In this document: positions 58,155 through 64,000 of the stretch, in pieces
Layout of the letters: each line of letters begins with the position of its first letter
Position numbering within the stretch: position 1 is the first letter of the stretch
Assembly (NCBI GenBank): GCA_017961685.1
Contig: JAGCWW010000060.1
Location: 53-64,052, forward strand
DNA: 64,000 bases
Direction: 5' to 3'
From: Acholeplasmatales bacterium
GTDB lineage: Bacteria > Bacillota_I > Bacilli_A > Acholeplasmatales > JAEDCM01
The notes under the pieces: model-generated
Database searches by the model: none
Told to the model about the DNA's origin: nothing
The model's input: the letters and a program-made list of their open reading frames with translations, nothing else
Position numbers and translations under genes: made by a program

Positions 58155-58817
58155 ATGATTAAAGAAATACCTAAATATGAAAGACCAAGAGAAAAATTAC
58201 TTAAAAATGGTATTAAAACTTTATCAAATACAGAACTTTTAGCTATTATTTTAAAGAGTGGTACTAAAGGTAAATCAGTAATAGATTTATCAAATGAAAT
58301 ACTTTATAGTATTAATTCACTAAAAGATTTAAACGATTTAGAATTGCTTGAAATAACAAAAATAAAAGGAGTAGGTAAAGTAAAAGCAATGGAGATATTA
58401 GCATCCATCGAGTTAGGTAGAAGAATCTATTTAGAGAAAAATGATAAAATAAGATTTAAAACATCAAAAGAAATCTATTTGATTTATAAAGATATCTTAA
58501 ATTATAGTGTTGAACATTTTTATGTTTTATATTTTGATTCTAAACTAAATTTAATATGTGAAAAAGATTTATTTACAGGTGATAGTAACCTAGTTATTCC
58601 TAAACCAAATGAGATATTTAAATATGCGATAAAAATAGGTGCACAATCTTTTGTTATAATGCATAATCATCCATCAGGTGATCCAAAACCATCAAAAAAA
58701 GATATCATTTTTACTTCCGATATTAAAATTATGTCAGAAACTATGAATATCTTACTTTTAGATCATATAATCATTGGAGATGATTATTATTCTTTTCTAG
58801 AAAATGGTAAAATTTGA
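58155..58817 (+). CDS. radC: RadC-like JAB/MPN-domain protein (UPF0758)
   Basis: ERPREKLLKNGIKTLSNTELLAIIL, HhH KIKGVGKVKAMEILA, JAMM motif MHNHPSGDPKPSKKD. Confidence 0.9.
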   Translation: MIKEIPKYERPREKLLKNGIKTLSNTELLAIILKSGTKGKSVIDLSNEILYSINSLKDLNDLELLEITKIKGVGKVKAMEILASIELGRRIYLEKNDKIRFKTSKEIYLIYKDILNYSVEHFYVLYFDSKLNLICEKDLFTGDSNLVIPKPNEIFKYAIKIGAQSFVIMHNHPSGDPKPSKKDIIFTSDIKIMSETMNILLLDHIIIGDDYYSFLENGKI

Positions 58818-58879
58818 AAATATCTACCTATAAACTAATAATTGTGGTATAATATAGTTTGTATTGAGTGGTGATTTAT

Positions 58880-59818
58880 ATGACAAAAAAGAAAAAAGGA
58901 TTTTGGATTACCGTTGGCTTAGGTGCCTTAATTATTATGTTATTATTAATCGCAATGGCTATAATAACAGTAGGAGATAAGCTAGGTAAAATTAATCAAT
59001 ATGTTGAAATAGGATTTTATGTAGTTGCTCTAATATTACTTTGGATATTCTTCTTAAGACCAATATTCATCATTGTATGTGCTCCAACATTATCTGTTGA
59101 AACAGTACTTGAGCGTGATACTAAGAAGTATAGAAGAAAGTTTAAGAAGGTTGCTAAAAACCTACTTAAAGATAACATGCTTGATGAAATTGATAAGGAA
59201 GCAATCCGTGATTCCTTAAATCAAAAAGAAGAATTATATAATGAAGTTAATAGAGTATTCAATAAATCAATCAAAAAACAAATTAATAAAATTATCATTA
59301 AAAATGCATCAACTGTAATGGTTTCAACTGCTATATCACAAAATGGTAGATTAGATGCTATCATGATTATGTCAGTAAACTTAAAAATGATTAAAGAAAT
59401 AGTACTTAAGTGCGGATTTAGGCCTAGTTATGCCAATTTAGGTAAGTTATCAGTTAATGTTTTAGGAACAGCTTTAATAGCTGAAGGTATTGAAAACTTA
59501 GATATTACAGATATCCTTCCTGCAAGTGCTACACAATTTTTAGCTGAAGTTCCACTACTTAAACCAATACTATCAAGTGTTACTCAAGGTATTGCAAATG
59601 CATTACTTACAGCAAGAATTGGTATACTTACAAGAAAGTATTTATTTGCTGATACACCAATAACTTCTAAAACACAAATGAGAATAGAAGCAATTAAAGA
59701 ATCTGTTAAAATGATTCCAGTTATTTTAAAGGATTCAGCTGCTGTGCTTCCTAATAAGATTTCTAAATTCTTTAAGAAAGATTCTAAGAATGCAGATGAA
59801 GCTGAAGCAGAATTATAG
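58880..59818 (+). CDS. Membrane protein, YcjF/DUF697-like
   Basis: Two N-terminal TMs, then a segment ISQNGRLDAIMIMSVNLKMIKEIVLKCGFRPS resembling the DUF697 core. Assignment from memory only. Confidence 0.45.
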   Translation: MTKKKKGFWITVGLGALIIMLLLIAMAIITVGDKLGKINQYVEIGFYVVALILLWIFFLRPIFIIVCAPTLSVETVLERDTKKYRRKFKKVAKNLLKDNMLDEIDKEAIRDSLNQKEELYNEVNRVFNKSIKKQINKIIIKNASTVMVSTAISQNGRLDAIMIMSVNLKMIKEIVLKCGFRPSYANLGKLSVNVLGTALIAEGIENLDITDILPASATQFLAEVPLLKPILSSVTQGIANALLTARIGILTRKYLFADTPITSKTQMRIEAIKESVKMIPVILKDSAAVLPNKISKFFKKDSKNADEAEAEL

Positions 59819-59825
59819 GTGAATT

Positions 59826-60932
59826 ATGAAGAAAAAAGATAAAGAAGAAAAGATCATAAGAGAACATATTCATTTGTTAGTTGAACCAATAATTGATAGC
59901 TTTAATGTAGATAAAGAATTCGTATTAAAAATAAGTGATATTATTGAAAAAGATCATTTACAAATGATTTTAGATAATTATAAAATAAAAAGCTTAAATG
60001 ATAATCCATTATTAGCATATAATATTACATTATCAATTTGCTTAAATATGGTTTTTGATAGTGATAGATTAGATAGAATTGAATATAGTGATGAATATAT
60101 TAATAACTTTGTAGGAAGAGTTGTTGCTCAAACAATTTATTCAGACTTAGATTATAATTTATTACATACATCCCCTATTCTAAATCATCCTATTGTTAAA
60201 TCTATTTTAGCATTATCTAGCTTAATAAAATATCGTTCGGCTTTTGATTCATTAGTAGTAAGAAAAACGCTAAATAAAGACCTTAATCCAATCTTTATAT
60301 TACTTAAAGAAGCAATGGAATCGCTAGAAGGTACTTATTTATTAATTGCAAATAAATCATTTAGTCAAGCAATGACAGTGTTTAGATTATACTTAGAACA
60401 AATTATAAATGTAATAGCTTTAATTAAGAATCCAAAATTAATTGATAAATATATTGAATTCCAACATCTTGCAACTAAATATGCATTAGATACACAAGAT
60501 AAAGATATTGAAAAATTAATTGAAGAGAATAAGATTCCACCACGTGATATTAAGAGCTATCTTAACTATGGTTGGATTGAAAATATGAAAGGCTTTGATG
60601 AACTTCCAAAAAGAAGATATAGCATTAAAATCATGGCAAAGCTTTGTGATATGGAAGCTATATATGAATTATATTCTGATTCAACAAACTATGTTCATAT
60701 GAATTTCTTATTAGCTAATATTGATTGGATAAGTGTTATAAATAAAATGCTTGAAACATCTTTTGCAACAATAATTGGTATTATAACTAATTATAAGATG
60801 TTTACAGGATTTGATTTTGTTTATAAAGGCGTAGATTTAGTAAATGAAACAAAGACAATCTTGAATGAATTCATCCATGTTACATCTTATAAGGGTGATT
60901 CATATGATGTATTAAGATTAAAAAACGCATAA
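59826..60932 (+). CDS. Hypothetical cytoplasmic protein (368 aa), no recognisable motif
   Basis: Long uninterrupted ORF that starts 7 nt after the upstream stop. Terminator AACGCAT-aaca-ATGCGTT plus T-run at its end. Confidence 0.5.
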   Translation: MKKKDKEEKIIREHIHLLVEPIIDSFNVDKEFVLKISDIIEKDHLQMILDNYKIKSLNDNPLLAYNITLSICLNMVFDSDRLDRIEYSDEYINNFVGRVVAQTIYSDLDYNLLHTSPILNHPIVKSILALSSLIKYRSAFDSLVVRKTLNKDLNPIFILLKEAMESLEGTYLLIANKSFSQAMTVFRLYLEQIINVIALIKNPKLIDKYIEFQHLATKYALDTQDKDIEKLIEENKIPPRDIKSYLNYGWIENMKGFDELPKRRYSIKIMAKLCDMEAIYELYSDSTNYVHMNFLLANIDWISVINKMLETSFATIIGIITNYKMFTGFDFVYKGVDLVNETKTILNEFIHVTSYKGDSYDVLRLKNA

Positions 60933-61098
60933 CAATGCGTTTTTTTATTACTCTAAATGTAAAAGTAGAATTTATGCATTATTATTTTTTATAATTAAAA
61001 TAATAAATTCTAATACTATCATTTTTTAATTTTATTGTAATTTAGGCCTTATAATGCTATAATCTAATATGTATATTGTTTATGAAAGAAGGCTTATT

Positions 61099-62106
61099 AT
61101 GAGTAATGTAATTATTAAAGAAGGTTACAAATCAAAATTAGATTTAATTGAAACTGAAATCGCAATTAAATTTGTAAAAGATACATTTGAAAAGGAATTA
61201 GCGAAAGCTCTAAACTTAACTAGAGTATCCGCGCCACTTTTTGTTTTACCTGAAACAGGATTAAACGATGATTTAAATGGTTATGAAAGACCAGTTGGAT
61301 TTGACATTCATGATTTAAAGAAGAATGCTCAAATCGTTCAATCACTAGCTAAATGGAAAAGAAATGCTTTAAGAAGATATGGCTTTAATGTTGGTAGTGG
61401 CTTATACACTGATATGAACGCTATTAGACGTGATGAAGAATTAGATAACTTCCATTCAGTATATGTAGATCAATGGGACTGGGAAAGAATTATCACTAGA
61501 GAAAATAGAAATATGACATTCTTAAAACAAATTGTTAAAAAGATTTATAAAGCAATTTGTGCTACACAAACAAAAGTAATGAAAAAATATCCTGTTTTAA
61601 CTAATAAGCTTCCAAAAGAAATCAAGTTTATTAAGTCAACTGATTTATACAAACAATATCCTGATAAGACTCCAAAAGAAAGAGAAACACTTGCTTGTAA
61701 AGAATATGGTGCTATCTTTGTAAGTCAAATCGGATGGCCTATTGATGGAAAACAACCACATGATGGTAGAGCCGCGGATTATGATGATTGGAAATTAAAT
61801 GGAGATATTTTAGTATACTTTGAAGTACTTGATTGTGCATTAGAATTATCAAGTATGGGTGTTAGAGTTGATAAGGATTCTTTAACTAGCCAAACAGGCT
61901 TTAAGAAGGAATATGGAAAACTAAGTTCTCCATACTCACAAGATATTTTAAATGACAGATTACCTTTAACTATTGGTGGAGGAATTGGTCAATCTAGATT
62001 ATGTATGTTTATGTTAAATAAGATGCATGTTGGTGAAGTTCAAGCATCATTATGGACTGACGAAGATATGCAAATCTTAAGCGAAAATAAAATTGAAATT
62101 TTATAG
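61099..62106 (+). CDS. asnA: Aspartate--ammonia ligase (asparagine synthetase A)
   Basis: SLAKWKR, HSVYVDQWDWE, LNGDILV, ELSSMGVRVD and GGGIGQSRL match E. coli AsnA. Confidence 0.93.
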   Translation: MSNVIIKEGYKSKLDLIETEIAIKFVKDTFEKELAKALNLTRVSAPLFVLPETGLNDDLNGYERPVGFDIHDLKKNAQIVQSLAKWKRNALRRYGFNVGSGLYTDMNAIRRDEELDNFHSVYVDQWDWERIITRENRNMTFLKQIVKKIYKAICATQTKVMKKYPVLTNKLPKEIKFIKSTDLYKQYPDKTPKERETLACKEYGAIFVSQIGWPIDGKQPHDGRAADYDDWKLNGDILVYFEVLDCALELSSMGVRVDKDSLTSQTGFKKEYGKLSSPYSQDILNDRLPLTIGGGIGQSRLCMFMLNKMHVGEVQASLWTDEDMQILSENKIEIL

Positions 62107-62114
62107 GTGATATT

Positions 62115-62597
62115 ATGAATAAAGAAATATTAAAGGTTTTACAACAAAACGCTAGAATAGATCTAAAAGATCTAGCTGTAATGGTTAATCTAAGCGTTGA
62201 TGAAGTTAAAAAAGAAATAGAAGAAATGGAAAAGAATAGAATTATCTGTGGTTATCATGCATTAGTTAATTATGATAATACAGATGATGAAATTGTTTCA
62301 GCTTTAATTGAAGTTAAAGTTACTCCACAACGTGGATTAGGTTTTGATAAGATTGCTGAAAGAATTTATAACTTCCCTGAAGTTTCAGCAGTTTACTTAA
62401 TGAGTGGTGCTTTTGACTTTACTGTAATGCTTGAAGCTAAAACAATGAAAGAAATATCTAAATTTGTTTTTGAAAAATTAGCTACACTTGATTATGTACA
62501 ATCAACAGCAACTCACTTTGTTTTAAAGAAATATAAAGATTATAAAGTTGTATTAGTAGAAGAAAAGAAAGACTTAAGAGAAATGGTGAATATATGA
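62115..62597 (+). CDS. Lrp/AsnC-family transcriptional regulator (AlaR/YugG-like position)
   Basis: HTH_AsnC N-domain (ILKVLQQNARIDLKDLAVMVNLS) plus a RAM/ACT-like C-domain. Overlaps the aminotransferase gene by 4 nt. Confidence 0.85.
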   Translation: MNKEILKVLQQNARIDLKDLAVMVNLSVDEVKKEIEEMEKNRIICGYHALVNYDNTDDEIVSALIEVKVTPQRGLGFDKIAERIYNFPEVSAVYLMSGAFDFTVMLEAKTMKEISKFVFEKLATLDYVQSTATHFVLKKYKDYKVVLVEEKKDLREMVNI

Positions 62598-63754
62598 GAA
62601 AGTTTATAACAGAAAAGGTTGAATCAATTAAACCTTCTGGTATAAGACGTTTCTTTGATATTGCTAGTGAAATGGAAGGTGTAATCTCACTTGGTGTTGG
62701 CGAACCCGACTTTGATACTCCTTGGCATATTAGAGAAGAAGGTATTTATTCACTAGAACGTGGTAATACATTCTATACATCAAATTCTGGTTTAAAGGAT
62801 TTAAGAATAGAAGTATCTAACTATGTTAAAAGAAGGTTTAATTTAGAATATGATCCACTAACTGAAGTATTAATCACTGTTGGTGGTAGTGAAGCTATTG
62901 ATGCTTGCTTTAGAGCATGTCTAGAAGAAGGCGATGAAGTAATCATCCCTGAACCATGCTATGTAAGTTATTCTCCATGCGCTAAGCTAGCTGGAGCTAA
63001 AGTAGTAACAATTAACTTAAAAGAAGAAAACAATTTTAGATTAACTAAAGAAGAATTATTAGCTGCAATAACTCCTAAAACTAAGATTTTAGTACTTGCT
63101 TTCCCTAATAATCCTACAGGATCAATTATGGAAAAGAAAGACTTAGAAGATATCGCAAAAATCGCTATAGAAAAGGATATTTTAGTATTATCTGATGAAA
63201 TCTATGGTGAATTAACTTATGGAGTTAAACACTATTCAATATCTCAATTTGAAGGTATGAGGGATAGATGTGTTGTAGTTAATGGTTTCTCTAAAGCTTA
63301 TGCTATGACAGGTTGGCGTTTAGGCTTTGCATATGGTCCAAAAGAAATCATTAAGCAAATGCTTAAGATTCATCAATTTGCTATTATGTGTGCACCTACA
63401 ACAAGTCAATTTGCCGCAATAGAAGCTTTAAAGAATGGCGATAACGACATTCAAGAAATGAAACAAGAATATAATCAAAGAAGAAGATATTTAGTTAATG
63501 CGCTTAGAGAAATGGGCTTTGATTGTTTTGAACCTCTTGGAGCATTCTATGTCTTCCCATCTATAAAGAAATTTGGTTTATCAAGTGAAGAATTCTGTGA
63601 GAAATTACTAATGGAAGAAAAGGTAATGGTAGTACCAGGTACAGCATTTGGTGAATCTGGTGAAGGATTTGTAAGAATTAGTTATGCTTATTCACTTGAT
63701 CAACTTAAAAAAGCAATGGATAGAATCAAAAAGTTTGTTTCAAAATTAAAGTAA
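62594..63754 (+). CDS. Class I PLP-dependent aminotransferase (AlaT/YugH-like)
   Basis: PSGIRRF, NNPTG, PLP-lysine motif SKAYAMTGWRLG, VRISYA. Regulator-aminotransferase pairing as in B. subtilis alaR-alaT. Confidence 0.85.
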   Translation: MRKFITEKVESIKPSGIRRFFDIASEMEGVISLGVGEPDFDTPWHIREEGIYSLERGNTFYTSNSGLKDLRIEVSNYVKRRFNLEYDPLTEVLITVGGSEAIDACFRACLEEGDEVIIPEPCYVSYSPCAKLAGAKVVTINLKEENNFRLTKEELLAAITPKTKILVLAFPNNPTGSIMEKKDLEDIAKIAIEKDILVLSDEIYGELTYGVKHYSISQFEGMRDRCVVVNGFSKAYAMTGWRLGFAYGPKEIIKQMLKIHQFAIMCAPTTSQFAAIEALKNGDNDIQEMKQEYNQRRRYLVNALREMGFDCFEPLGAFYVFPSIKKFGLSSEEFCEKLLMEEKVMVVPGTAFGESGEGFVRISYAYSLDQLKKAMDRIKKFVSKLK

Positions 63755-63800
63755 AAGGCGTAGTTATGCGCCTTTTTGTATAAATAAAGGGGAGGGTTTA

Positions 63801-64000
63801 ATGAAGAAATTATTTAGATTTATTCTATCAATATCACTATGTATAATGCTTTTTGGATGTTCTAAAAAGGTTAATGATAAAGATATTGTTATAATAAATA
63901 CAACAGATGTACACTGTGCTATAAGTACTGATGAAGAAAAGAATAGATTAGGCTATACTAAAGTAATGGCTTATAAAAATGAGCTTAAAGAAGATAATTA
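63801..64000 (+). CDS. Lipoprotein, probable 5'-nucleotidase/metallophosphoesterase family (5' fragment, runs off window)
   Basis: Lipobox LFGCSKK, then IINTTDVHC resembling the N-terminal metallophosphoesterase motif. GGGGAGGG RBS. Confidence 0.5.
   Translation, partial: MKKLFRFILSISLCIMLFGCSKKVNDKDIVIINTTDVHCAISTDEEKNRLGYTKVMAYKNELKEDN

Noticed and set aside
1-64000. Possibility of Mollicutes genetic code 4 (TGA = Trp)
   Set aside because: plsX and the NUDIX gene, among others, end at TGA exactly where homologues end and the next gene starts. Conserved genes show no internal TGA, so the standard code fits.
1-64000. CRISPR arrays, transposases, integrases, prophage or classical defence genes (restriction-modification, toxin-antitoxin, reverse transcriptase)
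   Set aside because: No regularly spaced direct repeats and no ORF with recognisable motifs of these classes were seen. The only DNA repeats found are in-frame coding repeats at 30.4-31.5 kb.

Overview
AT-rich, very gene-dense chromosomal segment of about 60 CDS from a low-GC Firmicute of Bacilli / Erysipelotrichia / Mollicutes-like ancestry. The standard genetic code applies, since several conserved genes terminate at TGA. All calls rest on reading the supplied translations and the DNA for motifs I recognise; no database search was run. The window opens with the tail of an rrn operon (23S 3' end, 5S, tRNA-Asn). It then runs through housekeeping blocks that are collinear with three Bacillus subtilis regions: (1) pheST; rlmN-rsgA-rpe / rpmB / yloV-recG-plsX-rnc; (2) pgsA-recA-rny-ymdB-miaB-ymcA-mutS; (3) ylbM(tmcAL)-ylbN-rpmF-rsmH. 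At the conserved junctions, genes expected from that synteny are absent: prpC-prkC, fapR/fabDG/acpP, cinA, mutL, mraZ plus the whole dcw cluster, and mreBCD. Other genes sit in their place. I saw no CRISPR array, transposase, integrase or phage genes. The most unusual content is as follows. (a) At 49.7-57.0 kb there is a translationally coupled operon: CHASE2 class III cyclase / TIM-barrel enzyme / GAF-HD-GYP with a split catalytic domain / polytopic membrane protein. It is followed by an 835-aa FecR-domain surface protein and preceded by a TPR protein and a tandem pair of fused ATPase-FtsX (MacB-like) transporters. This is my best candidate for an undescribed cyclic-nucleotide signalling system. 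(b) A second, membrane-bound HD-GYP variant (GYK instead of GYP) lies in one tight operon with tmcAL and an ABC exporter. (c) A 751-aa tail-anchored protein with two Rho_N/HeH-like motifs and a huge acidic repeat region occupies the cotE slot next to mutS. (d) An Erm-like rRNA methyltransferase is embedded in the rlmN-rsgA-rpe operon. (e) There is an orphan HTH-TPR (RNPP-like) regulator with a candidate 19-codon upstream sORF.
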